This document shows, in pieces, positions 15,169 to 28,765 of a DNA stretch of 64,000 nucleotides; positions within the stretch are counted from its first letter, which is position 1; each line of letters begins with the position of its first letter. Made by a program: the position numbers and the translations under genes. This DNA is from Bacteroidia bacterium (GTDB taxonomy: Bacteria > Bacteroidota > Bacteroidia > M30B66). The notes beneath the pieces were generated by a model. It saw only the letters and a program-made list of their open reading frames with translations. It searched no databases and was not told where the DNA came from. The DNA is taken from assembly GCA_965279035.1 (NCBI GenBank), contig CBDIHM010000003.1, positions 1 to 64,000 on the forward strand, in the 5' to 3' direction.

Positions 15169-17619
15169 TCAATACTATAATGTATCTTTATCTTATACAG
15201 CATATAATTCTTCAGGAAAAACTGCATATCTGTGTATGTTTGATAATTTAGGTTATAATCTATTTTTCTATTTTTATTTTTAAATCTGAGGAAGTATTGG
15301 ACTCTGCTCCTCTTCTTGAGGAGATTTCAAAATTAAAGAACTTAATGGTTTTAATTTGGTCTTTTTAACTTTGGTTCTCCTAAAATCTTAAGAAAGAGGC
15401 TATTATCTCATTTTTTATTCAAAAAATTTCTTTTCTTGTCTTAAAATTAAATTTGTGAAGATGTTAAATTACTTATAAAACGATTCATCTTCTTTTGGTT
15501 CTTATTTTAAAGACGCAACTCTCCTCCTATTCTCTTACAATCTAGCTTCAGTAGATTGTTTGAATGAATTATTGATTGATTCCTTTTTCTTTTCAGTCAA
15601 AAATCTAGATTTCAATTCAGGTGACATACACTAAATAGATTGATCTTAATATTTATATTTGCTAGTTAAAATTTATTCTATAATATTCTTCTCACTCTAT
15701 CTCGGGGAGCTCTACCCTTTACCAGGGCTAAGATTTCTCTATTTAGATTATGGCTTCTACTTAACTTTATCAGAATTAAAACTTATTATTGAGTATTTGG
15801 CTGGAACTTATGTAGATCTACTACTATCTTATATTTATAATGCAGGTGGAGCTTAAATGATTTTTAGAGGTGGAATGGTAATAGGAATGGTAGGTAATGT
15901 TTTTTCATTGAAATATTTTTTAAAGTAATGATCTGTTGAAATTTATCCATATTCATTATAAAATTTTAATGTAATTCTCTAATAATCTTCATCATTATTC
16001 AACACTAGTACTACTGGTTTGATTTCTTGAACCTTAATGTTTGTTTAAATTTCAGAACACTTTATTTTAAAAACCTTTTCAATTTTATTAAAATACTACT
16101 CTATATCCCTAACATGGCCACCATCCCAATGATTTTCGCCAAATAATTCAATATATGTTCCATTATTATTAAATCTGTAAGTTAGAAGAGCAACTGCCAA
16201 CAACCTATATCTGGCTTCAACTATTGATTCATATTTCAGCTTTAAATATTTTCTCCCATTAATAATTTCAAAACTACCATCACTTCCCTTATGTAAAAGT
16301 TAAAATATATCTCCAATTTTATGATTGGAGATGCTTTTTAATTATTCATGATGAAATTTCAAATTAGATCTATTTCTTTAATTCCAAAATCTTTATTTAT
16401 GTTATCTTATTAGTTTATCTTTGATTAGTATTTTTTCCATTAAAGGAACTTGTTAGATAGTTCTACTAAGCCATACTGGTATTATTTCTTTCTATAAATT
16501 TCTCAAATCTTAAATTTAACTCATGTATTTAGTCTGACCTAAAATTTCCGTATTAGGAATATGTAATTTCAATCTTGCAACGCTGTCATCATAAACGATA
16601 TTTGAATATTATTCAATAAATCTTGTTCTATAGCTCATATCTTATATAATCTTATTTAAGTTCACATATATGTTTTCTTCCAAGTAAAGAATATTTGATT
16701 GTATAACATAGCATTTGAAAAATATGTCTTTAAAAAAACTGCAACGATGTTAGAATCTCATTCTTCTATACCATCTCTATAGTATGTACACTGATCTAGA
16801 TTCATTTATGAGTGTCATTATTTTTTCATATCTTAAACCCTTTTTCTTAACATTTAGGTATCCTCTAAACACCTTTTAGATTTTAACAGCAGCACATATT
16901 TCCTTGATCTAAAAATCAAAGAATATATTAATAGTATGATTCACTCTATTCATGAGATATATTTTCTTCAGCAGTTTAACATCATTATATATCTACTTGA
17001 TTTACAAATATTCTTTCTGTTGAAATTTATTGATTGCATTCAGGGTCTTAAGATATTTTAATAATTGTTCCTTATTTAATTTGAATTACTATTACGATCT
17101 TTTCACAGAAACTAATTTCTTGAAGTAATATAAAAAAGGCTATGTTATTTGTTCATTTTAGAATACACCTTATTCTTTCTATAATATTCTTAGAGCTTAG
17201 AAGTTAAATATTATTATCGAGTTATTAATATTAGAGCATAATTTAGGCACCATTTATTTATAGTTGTTCTTCTTAAAAATGGGAGGCCTTATTGCCTTAA
17301 TTATAGTAGGTTATCCTTAAACCATTTTAGATATAGGATCGTCATGTAAAAAGTATATTCTTTTCACAAAATTATTTATTAAAAATTGTTTTAATAAATC
17401 TATTCTAATTTTTCCTAAATGCAAGGCCTTAAATATAAGTTTAGCTGCATTAGTTTCTATATAATTCTAAAATTTTCTCTTTTTATATTCTCTATATCCA
17501 TATAGCAGTTTTACATATGTTGATTTATATTGGACCATAAGTATTTATCGGAGTTCCTTTTAAGATAATACAAATCTTTTCCATTATATCACAACCTTCA
17601 GTGCAATTTCTAAATTCAT
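15169..17619 (-). CDS. IQ-motif-containing basic protein (~800 aa)
   Basis: MNLEIALKVVIQWKRF...; IQ motif AAVKIQKVFRGYL near 16860-16895; TGA at 15169-15171. Confidence 0.7.
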
Positions 17620-17637
17620 ATAAATAAAAATAATAAA

Positions 17638-20600
17638 ATGGATTATTAAGAAATAAAGACTGAGAATGAGATGATAACAATGGAATTGACAAAAGGTCGA
17701 GTTACCCTTCTTAGTATACCATAAATATAAAATGTATTCAAAACAAACAAATATTCGGTAACTATATATTTTAAAAATGTTTTTTTTCTTTTATAGTTGT
17801 TAGATTTTGTGCCTCGAACACTATTTGGATCATTTAGGCGAGTTGGAAATCTATATCTATTGGCAATCTCCTTAATCATGCTTATTGATAGTAGTTTGTC
17901 CCCATTTTATAGATGGATAACCATATTTCCAATGGGATTAGGTGTTGTTGTTTATATGGTTTTGTAATTTCTTTTAGACCATTTACGATGTTAATAAGAT
18001 CATATAATTAATAATTAAACAACAAGAAGAGGAGGTTATGAAAAAAATTCGAATATAAATGATGTTAAATGGATGGACCTCAAGGTAGGGGACATACTCT
18101 ATTTAACAAAAGGAGACATTGCACCAGCGGATTTGATATTGTTAGATACTGGGCAAGTCAGAGATCGAGAAGCCTTATGTATGTTGGATACATAATATTA
18201 TGATGGCCATTCAAGTCTGGCAAAGAAGAAATCCTCATATCTCACCCAAATGATTGTGCTGAGAACTAGATAGAAAGGATAATATCCAGAATATAGAAAG
18301 ATTCTCTCAGGTAAATTAGAATATGAAGGTCCTAATCACAACACAACAACATTTAATGGAAATTTGAAACTTAAAAAAGATCCAAAAAGAGAAGTCTTGA
18401 CATATGAAAATTTTATCCCTAAAGGATCTAAGATTAAATAGACATCATGGTTATTTGCCTTGGTTGTCTATACAGGAGAAAACACCAAAACGGCTAAGAG
18501 TACACTTTAATTCAGAGATAAGGACTCATTCTAAGGGCATTATTCAAATAAATTAAGTTTGTTGATGGTGCTTTTGTCTATGTTTTTTACATTAGTAATT
18601 ATTTATTTCACAATTAGATTTCTATTATTGTGCTACTAGCAAGATCCGATGATATATCTTATATGAAAATATATGATCCAAATACTGCCAATGGTATGAA
18701 AGTGTTTAATATGTTCATCCTATATAGCTAGATAATACCAGCTAATTTGTTTTTGATCTATGACATAATGAACTTCATTAATAAATTCATAGTGGAAAGC
18801 CATCTAATTAAGAAGGATGCTGAAAAGTTTATTAAAATTCATAATCCATAAGTGTTGGCTGATTTAGGTCATGTAGATTATATGCTCATTGATAAAACTG
18901 GAACATTAACTACATCTTATTATAAATTAGATAGCTTTTTATTTGGTACTTAATAATTCACTCTTAATCATGATTAATTATTAAATAACTTAAATGTCAA
19001 GGTTAAGAAACCAGACGACGAAGATGAGCCCATAAATAAACTCTCATTTCCAGAGAATGAATATTTAATAGCTTTAGAATATGATCCTATGAATGCAAAA
19101 AAGTCAAATGGATAGGTGATTAATACTTTAGAAACAACCTAAAGATAAGCAAATAGAATTAATTAATTGAAGAGTGTTAAAACTAATGCTAATAGCTAAA
19201 TATTCAAACAAGTTTAAGGAAAATAAGTTGAATTAACTTAAAATAAGACTACAGATTTTTCATCAAATTAAAGACGTCCCTTATTTGCAGGAAAAAAGAA
19301 AAGTTCCCATACTTTGTAAAACAATAATAATGATGAGTTTTTATAGATGGTTTCATAATACAAATAATTATCTCCACAATCAGATTACCAGTAAAATGAA
19401 AATGACAATTCCTTAATTTATGATTCATTCTTGAAATGCATAATGCTCTGTCATGAAGCTAGACCAATATACATATAATAAGATGTAGCCTATGAGTCAT
19501 ATTCTAAAAATGAGGAGATTGCATTAGAATTTGCAAGATTATGTGGATATTCGCTGGAACAGTTTAATAAATTTGAAGGACCTGATGCCTATTTATGTAA
19601 GGTTGGAGGATAAAATATCTAGTATTAGATACTAGGACTTAATAATTATACACAATAGAGAAATTTAACATCAATAGTAATCCAATCTCCATAAAGTTCC
19701 AGCATTTATATTCCAGATATACATGAATTTGCTGCTATTAATTAATTATCAGGTGAAGGCTCTAAGAATAAAGCTTTATTGATATGCAAAGGTGACTATG
19801 AGGCAATAAAGGGCAAGCTAGAAATGAATTAAAAAGAAAGAGAAGAATTAGATTCTATGGTTTAGAGTTATAAGAGGAGAGGAATAAGATTGATATTATA
19901 TACTACTAAGGCTTTAAATATGATAGATGCTGAGAAATTTAGGAAATAATTCAATATATTACACAGTTCGTTAACAAGCTAATCAGAACAATTAGAATAA
20001 TTAGCAATTGAATTTGAAAAGAATCTCAACATAATTGGTATGATAGGTTTTAAGGAAGAACTAAAATAGGATGCCCTAGAATTGATCTAAACAACTAAAC
20101 ATTGTAATATAAATGCATGGTTACTCTCAGGAGATGAAGAAGCTGCAACAATAAGTTGTGCATAAGCTTTAGAACTTTGTGATTCAGCCTATTAGAAAAA
20201 TCTTAAGATATCTGGCAAAACTAAATAGGAAATATTTTTTGAAATTAATACTGCTATTGGAACAATAGAAAATGAACTTAAAAAACAACAACAAGAGTAG
20301 GAATAAAAATAAGGATAGAAAAAGGCTATGATCTAATCTTCCACTACAATATTAGCTGGAGAAATGTTTTAAAGAATTAATAAATTTGTGGTTATCATAA
20401 ATGGACATAGTTTGGCTATCATACAAGATTCTCCTGACATTATGGGTCATTTTAGATATTTATCATGTGCCTGTAAAAACTTAATTGGATATAATTTGAG
20501 TCCATAATAAAAAGAATTAATTTGCCTAATGGTAAGAAATTTTTTCCCAGGAGACCCTATAGTATTGGCCATAGGAGATGGTTATAATGATGCCTTAATG

Positions 20601-23600
20601 ATGTAAGCCGCTAATGTCAGTATAGAATTATTGAATAGTAAAAAGTAGGTCTTATATCCTGAAGTAAATGCAGGAGATATAATAGTTAATAATTTATCAG
20701 ATGTGAAATTATTGTTGTTAGAAATTGGTAAACTCAATTCTGAAAGAATGAGTAACTTTGTTGTTTATATATTTTACTGCTCTGGATTATTAGGTATGAC
20801 TTTATTTTTCTTTAATTGGTTCTGCTAATTTACTGCTACATCACTACATGATTCGATGACAATATTCTTATTTATGTTTTTATTCATAGTACCTAATTCT
20901 ATTGCATTAGGCATATTCGACTCACCAACTGATCCGTTAATAAATTTACAACTACCAGCACTATATGTTGATGGATAGATTAAAACAAGACACTTTTTAA
21001 CTTATTATTTATTGGAAGGATTCTTTGAAAGTTTTTTAACAGCTGCATGGACATTCTATACCTGTGCATATATGATCAATTATTCGACAAATAATTTGGG
21101 ATGGTAGTCAGATTTATAAATGATATCAACGGCAGTCATATATTCTCTAATTTTAATTGCCACTTTTAAAGTCTTCTTTAGATTAATATTAAGAGGAGTG
21201 GCTATAGTTGGATTGATATAAGTATTTGTTTTAGGTCTTGGTATTGGATTCGTATTAGTAAATAATAGAGGTGAGTTTTCAGAATGGGATTATTAACAAT
21301 TAACTTAACAATTATTTACTAGATATAATTCGATTGTAGCTATGATATTTTCGATATGTGGAGCTAAATTCATAAACTATGTTATTCATGATTTAATCAG
21401 ATTCTACTATCTACCAACTGTCTATGAATAATTTGCTTTCTTAAACAAAGATGGAACTGAGTATTAATCATTTTCAAATAAAGAGATTCTATCATAAACT
21501 ATAGATTAATAGATGTAAGATTTATCATTTAAATTAGTCATGTATCAACAATAGTATAGAAGGTGTTTTAAAATGCCACATCAATAAGTCCATATATTTA
21601 AGAGATGCTAAATCCTGGCGATACTAGGGTTACTGAAATGAAGATTAAAAAATTGAATTTAGAAATGAAAGAATCAGTTTTGGAATAGAAATTCTTAGAA
21701 ACAAAACTTGAACCATCCTTATAGTAATTGCAATTCTTTGCATTTGTTTTATTGATGTACTTTTTGGCATATGGACTTACTGACTTCTTTATCAATGATC
21801 AAAAGACATTTGGAGGGTATTTTATTCCATATATTATAGTGTTGAATATTTAATCGTATTTGTTATATTTATGCTTGTCCTAGTATTTATCTTTACAGAA
21901 AAATTTAAGGAAAGATATTATACATAATCTCATTTATTAATATTACTGCTCTTTGCAGTAAAAGTTGCTATCGATTGGTTAAGTTTAGATTTCTAAATTG
22001 TATTGAGTGCTACCTTAGTGTCTTTATTTACCACTCTTAATAGCATGAATATGAGTGTGGTACCCATTGTGGTCTATAATATAATTTACCTCATATAATT
22101 GATAATAAGATTGTGTATTAATGTTGATAGGGAGACATTGGATACAAGTATGGACACTTACTCATAAACAAGAGTATCTATATATGCAGGTAGTACCATA
22201 GTAATTTTAATCATAAGTATAATAATTAGATTATTATTTTCTTACTATGAGTCAATAAAATAGAGAAGAAATGATTATTTAGCAAGATATCAAATAGAGT
22301 AAGATAATATGGCTGCTCATGATATTCTATCCATATTAGTACCTAAATTTGTTTAGCAATCTATTAGTAGGGGAGTTTATTCAATGCAGGAAGCATAAAA
22401 TGATGTTTCCATACTTTTTTGTTATATTTGTGATTTTGATTCAATTATGAGAGAGGAAGGAAAGAATGTAGTTCTAATGTTGGATTCACTTTTTAGAGTT
22501 TATGATAATCTCTGTCTTCAACATGGTGTTTAAAAGATAGAAACCGTCGGATACACATACATGGCTGCCACAGGTATCAAGGCGTGTGAAGCAGAAGTTT
22601 CATAACATATGCTTAGAACAGAGAAGACCATGAGATTGGTAAATTTGGCTCATGATATGGTTAGTCATATTGTAGGAAGAAAATACGGTAAAGGAAATCA
22701 AATAGAAATTAAAATTGGTATACATGTCGGTAGGGTTATAGCTGGTGTTATTGGTCATCATAAACCATAATTTTCTTTAATCGGAGACCCTGTCAATTAA
22801 ACATCAAGAATTGGTTCGACTGGAGATACTGGAGCAATTACATTATCAGAAATTGCCTTCAAATAAGCAAGATAAGGAGTGAGTGTTGGGAGAAACGACA
22901 TTAAATTTTATGAAAAGAAATTCAAAGAAGCTAAAGGACTTGGATAGATTGAGACTTATTAAGTCTTCAAAACTAAACCTGTAAATTATGTTCCCCCAGC
23001 TCATCAATTGAAATGGTAAAATATAACAAAGAAAGTGATAAATGAGAATGTCGCTAGACGATCGGTTGACTCACCATAAATGTAAAGTCCTCAACAAAAG
23101 GGAAAACTCTTAAATAAATTATAAGTTACCTTATCTATTAATCCTGCTCAATCAGGTGGGTAAGATGGTTTATCACATAGAAATCTTGGCTCCCCTCAAC
23201 CTTAACAAGGATCAGATAGAGGAACTAACTTTTAGAAACCTGATTCTCTTGTTCAAATTCCTGAATAATTAGATGATTCTGAAATATTGTAGGCTGAAGA
23301 ATAAGATTAAAAGCCTAACTTGGCATTACTTAAACCAAATATATTATTAGGAATAGGTGATAATTAAGAGGACATTAAATTAAATTTCTAAAATATTCTG
23401 AAAGAATAAAATTTATATTATGGAAGAATAGCTGTAGGATTCTTATGGGTAACATATTTTATGATAACTTTGATTACTTTGATAGTAAGGCAATTTTTTG
23501 ATTTCAATTTACTGATTTTCGTTTTGAGAGTAATTTTTATATATTATAATAGGCTATCTTCCTGATAATATTAATGATATTATTTCCATTTTTAGGCTAG

Positions 23601-24737
23601 GCTTACAAAAATTAAGCAATAAATATGGCCTTCTATATTATCTTCATGTTTGGTGCGTTTACAATTCTATTTTAAGCATTTTTAACATCAAATCGAGAAG
23701 TCCCACCAATTTGTTTACTAGAATTATTATATATTTTAATTGTGTCCTGCCATCTAAAATTATTTACATTTATTTAGAATTTGTCTTATATGATAGCAAC
23801 ATTAGGAGTATTTTTAGGATTTTACATAAAATCAGGGGCCTTTGAGCATTAATATGTTTATTATTTAGTTTGTGCATAATTTTTGATTCTTATCGGATAT
23901 CATAGAAGTATGAGCGAGTAAATTTAAATCTTTAACAATCTTTAAATTAATGAGGAGAAAAAAATTAAATAAATAGCTTTAGTAAGTCAATTATTACCCA
24001 CTCATGCCTACTTAAAAATGAAAAATTCTTCAGTCTATAATAAGTAGGATTTCATAGATGAGTTTGATGATGTTACGATGCTATTTGCTGATATTAAAGG
24101 TTTTACAGAGTATTCTCATTCAACTACACCAGAGGGTGTTGTAAATATGCTTCGTAATTTATTTACTGACATGGATAAAATGTGTTTAAGGTTCAATGTT
24201 TACAAAGTGTACACAATAGGTGATTGTTATGTGGTTATGGGCTTCACAAATTCAGCAAAAAGAAATGTATAATTTAAAATTTATAAACTAGCCAATTTAA
24301 GAAGCCATCAATACTATAAAGATGGGTTTTTCTATGATAGAAATTATATAAGAAGTAAGAATAAAAATAAATTTCCCTCTATTAAATATGAGAATTGGTA
24401 TACATACAGGCTAAGTAATTGGAGGAATTATTGGTACAGATATTGTTAGATATGATTTATATGGTAAGGATGTTTCTATAGCAAATAAAATGGAGAGTAG
24501 CGGTGTTGAAGGTAGGGTTATGATATCAGAATCTACAAAAAATATGATAGAGAGATCTGAAACTCATCCATTTTAATTCAAATTTGAGAAGGTAAATTAT
24601 TATAAATATTATAGGATGTCGATTTATCTAAATTTAATATGAGCTTGAAAGGATATTTGGTGGAATATTAGAAAGATGGATTGGAACATAGTGGCGTATT
24701 AGCAGGATCACCTAATTATGCTAATTATGGTCATTGA
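17638..24737 (+). CDS. Bifunctional P4-type ATPase-like / membrane guanylyl cyclase (alveolate type), ~2,300 aa
   Basis: N-terminal KTNKYSLLDFVPRTLF, DKTGTLT (~18891), AIGDGYND (~20570); two TM cassettes; cyclase domain 1 KIETVGYTY...FSLIGDPVNQTSR; cyclase domain 2 LFADIKGF...YTIGDCY...YDLYGKDV; several 20-39-nt introns. Confidence 0.95.
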
Positions 24738-24774
24738 TTTAAAATTATAAATAAACAAATATAATATAAATAAA

Positions 24775-25470
24775 TCAATATTTTCTTTACTTTGTTAATA
24801 ATTATTCTGGTAACTAAATATGCTTATTTTGTTTAAGATAATAATTTTGTTAACTTATGTCAATCATTTAATCTATATATCTAGAATTTCTTGGTGCTGG
24901 TTAATTATCTTCAAAATTTTATATAAATGCCTCATTAGTTGGGCTTTTTTTATTAAATCTTGTTTTTTAGGATTACATAAATTATTGCATCCCTGACATT
25001 GAGAGACTTAAATTTGAACTGCTCATTTTTAAGCTATCGGGTTATTATTCTCTCTTGTATGGAGTCTTATATTATTCTGTCTCAAATAAAATTGATTTAT
25101 TATGTTCATCATCTGATTGAATGTATGATGAAACTTCATCTAAATTTTTTATTACAGATTTCTTTTATGATTGTATATGTTCATATAGTAGGGTTACTAA
25201 TTTAAGCACCTAAATTAGTTATTCTAAATTACTTGATGATATTCTACATTTGAGTTATTTATATATTCTGGATGCTCTGAATAAAGTTATTCTGTAATTT
25301 CTTAAGGATCATTTAGATATGCTAACTAATTTAATTGAATATGGTATCTCTCAAATATGAGAAAAGTACCTTCTCTTTTTCTTATCTCTTTAATTTCTTT
25401 TATAAATCAAACCAAGGGATGGTGGAGAATATTTAATTGCTAATCTTATTGGAATTATAGTATTTAACAT
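24775..25470 (-). CDS. CEP19-like basal body/centrosomal protein (3' end approximate)
   Basis: MLNTIIPIRLAIKYSPPSLGLIYKRN...EITEQLYSEHPEYI...VLKLVTLL resembles the CEP19 N-terminal domain (GIRFQPPAIILIY); two ~22-nt introns. Confidence 0.65.
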
Positions 25471-25480
25471 ATTTATTAAA

Positions 25481-25509
25481 TTTGCGCGATCGTTAATATT
25501 ATTTAACGA
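25481..25509. promoter_or_regulatory. Candidate cell-cycle element (TTTGCGCG, E2F/MCB-like) plus short inverted repeat in a divergent promoter
   Basis: CpG-rich TTTGCGCGATCG and tcgttaa..ttaacga inside a 52-nt AT-rich gap between the CEP19-like and cyclin start codons. Confidence 0.35.
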
Positions 25510-25522
25510 ATAAAAATTTTTT

Positions 25523-26695
25523 ATGGAAACAACTAAGTACAATAGAAGCTTGAGTGGTGTCCCTGAAATTCCAAGACGAGTATCCAAAATGGAAAGTATT
25601 CGTGATCCAGTCAGGAGAAATCTAACTAGCTTATATAATGATGGTACATAATTATATTAATAATTTTCCTACAGCATTCGGTCTTAAAAGAAAATAAGAG
25701 CGAATAAAAAGATCATTAAATGGGGATATAGATGATAAAGAAAATATCCCCCAATGTAAAACCAAGATATATACTCTTCCTCAAGAATCTACATTTGCAT
25801 AAATTAAGATCATCGACATCGTACATCAAGACACTTAGTTATTAAAACCATATACAAATGAGATTTTTGATCATTTGAAGGAATTAGAGGTATTAGATAT
25901 GTATACAAAAATAGAAAAAATCTACTCCATAAGATTAGTTAAAATAACATAATATATCTTAGTCACTTAGAGCTAAGATGGTTGATTGGATGGTCGAGGT
26001 TTTATGTTCATATAAATGCAGTGATTAAACTTTCTTTATAGCAGTACGCATTCTTGATTTCTATTTCGTTAAATCAGAAAGATAACTTGAAGTATCAGAT
26101 CTTCATTTATCTGGTGTTACATCTATGTTCATAGCAGCAAAGTATGAAGAGATTCACCCTATGAAACTCCAAGTAGTGCACGACAAGATTGCACATAAAA
26201 AATTATCCATTGATTAAATTAAAAAGAAAGAGAGCGAAATTTTATAAACAATTGGATTTGATTTATGTGGTGCCACAATCTACGAATAGTACAATTTAAT
26301 CCTCCAGAACTGCTAGATTGAGGAGAAGCTCCCCTTAAAGCACTACAGATACTTAAAAAAACTTTGCTTGTATTTGGCCAAGATGATTCTCTATGAATAT
26401 GATTTATGTAGTCAACATAAGTATACTCTATTAGGAGCATCCCTTATTTTCGTGGGCTTTAAGATAGTTGAATAGTTAGAAACAAATTTTAATGCTGAGT
26501 TACAAGTAAATAAATATAAATATTAAAATTTTTAAAAAGATAAAGGAAATTAGTTTATAATGTGGACTTGAACATGAATAGTTAATTGAAGTTGCTGCTA
26601 AAGTATTGAATTTAGCTAAAAACTTTGAGAAATAATATCCTAATTTAGAGAATCTCAAAAAGTTTAATGGATTTTAGTTAGAAGAGGAATAATGA
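25523..26695 (+). CDS. Cyclin (A/B-type, mitotic-like)
   Basis: PYTNEIFDHL; cyclin box LRAKMVDWMVEV; HLSGVTSMFIAAKYEEIHP; small introns. Confidence 0.93.
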
Positions 26696-26761
26696 TATAA
26701 AAAAAAATTTCTTTTTATTTTTAAGCTTTTTTTCCTCTTATTTTAATGTACTAAATAAATC

Positions 26762-27219
26762 TCAATTTTTCTTTGTTGTTTCTGCAGTGTGTTTTTCTCC
26801 TTTACCCTTCTATAATTTGCCTCCTGTTGCCTTTCTCTCTAAAAGTTCTCTTCTATCTTTTGATAATTATGGTTTGATAATAACAACATTTGATGGTTAA
26901 ATAGGGATTTATTATGAGGCACCTAAAAATAATATAAAAAAAAAATACCATTTGCCTTCATTCTGGTAATTTTCTCGATATGAATAACCCATTTTTTTCT
27001 ATAAACTGATGTAACCTTACCCTTACTTGCCTTATACTTTCCCTTAACAATTAAGACTTCATCTCCTCTCTTTATGGGTAATGCTCTAACATTATATTTC
27101 TTTCTCAAATCCTTTGATAAGTGTGAGCTCATTAATCTTCTTCTTATGTGTGATGGAGCTGAAAAGTGAGCACGTCTTTACTTTCTTCTTGAGCTTGATA
27201 CGTCTGTGTGGGTTTTCAT
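26762..27219 (-). CDS. RPL26: 60S ribosomal protein L26 (uL24)
   Basis: [55 protein letters not shown]...; one ~26-nt intron near 26924-26949. Confidence 0.97.
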
Positions 27220-27281
27220 TTCAAAAATAAGATTTTTATTTTTAATTTTTTTCAAAATGCCTTTAATATATAAAAAAAAAA

Positions 27282-28711
27282 TCAATCCTCACTCTCATCA
27301 AAATCATCATGGACTATATCTGTATTTCTGAATGTATATAGGCCAATGAATAGCTGAATAAACAAACTACCAATCAATGATCTGAATAGCCACTACCCAA
27401 ATATGATTGAGCACATCAAAGTTATGGATGAAAATACTATAGTTAGCATGAAATCATCAATAAACTTAATATTTATATCAAATATACATAATTATTTGCA
27501 TTGGTAAAAGTGTATAATCCTATTGAATTACTAATCAATACTAATAGGGTTGATAAAAGACAAAATAATTTATTTTCAATTAATATTGATATACACAAGG
27601 CTAATTATGATATGAATGCCATTAACGAACCCAATCTATATAGTGATGGTAAACTAATTTTATATTATAGTGTATCTAATTTAGAATGAAAACATACTTG
27701 AAGCATATAATACTGATATACTTATTGTAGATCCAAACAATATTTGCATGGTAGATAATTTGTATCCAAAATCAATATAATGACTATACAAAACTATGAA
27801 CACATTCCCAGAGCAATTACATAATATTTATAGCAAATATAATGATTTAAATTTTCCTATTTCATATCGCTCCTCATCTAAATATTGTAATTAAAAATAC
27901 CTTTATGCAACAATTTTTATTCATGCATTTCTAGAGCATCCTCAACAAATTTCTTCTTAATCATATTGGCCAAAAAATATTCACCTTAATTATGAGTGGA
28001 TGTTTTTAATTCATCATAATTAAATGTCAAGTGAAGATTAATTAACCTAATGGATATAATTACACATGGCATCGATATTAGTAGATTCCATAGGACTGGG
28101 TCATCGTAAAATTTTAACTTCTATAGCATATCGATGGATGGATAGCTATAAGACATCAATCCTTATAAGGCCCAACCAATTCCAAATAGAGCATACTATT
28201 TGGTATACTGTTTATAGCCATATAACTAATCTTAAAATAAAGAGATTTCAAACTACAGTTATCATCATTTGGAAATTTTCTTTTGATAAAAATCTCAATC
28301 GGCTTGATAATCATCCTATAGTACATATTACTGTATCTAATATCCAATGATATGAGTAGACCACAAAAAAATCGAACGATTAAACTCCCCTCTCTGAATG
28401 GTAAGAACCATTGGATAATTAGAACTACAATTAGGAATGAATTGCATTTAATCATAACTTATCTATATGGTCCTTTAAGGTCAATACAAATGGAAAGTAA
28501 ACATCCTCTATTTTTTGTTAATGAATAATTACAATGCAAATGCTAAATGCATCCAATATGTTTCGATTTTCCATTTATGTTTGTACATTTAAATTTTATA
28601 CCATGTTGGTTCAGCTGCACATGGAATACTTATATAATATCCAAGCATAAGATAAGGAAGGAAACTATTTATCGTAAAATAGTGAAAGGATTTCTTTGAT
28701 TAAAATTACAT
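27282..28711 (-). CDS. Multi-pass membrane protein, divergent MFS sugar-transporter-like
   Basis: About four 23-26-nt introns join ~11-12 hydrophobic segments; LMLGYYISI (TM1-like), WNLLISMPCVIISIRL (TM6-like), central loop. Confidence 0.6.
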
Positions 28712-28765
28712 TATTAGAATGATTAAAACAATTTTTTTTTGATAATATTTATTCTTTATGAATAA

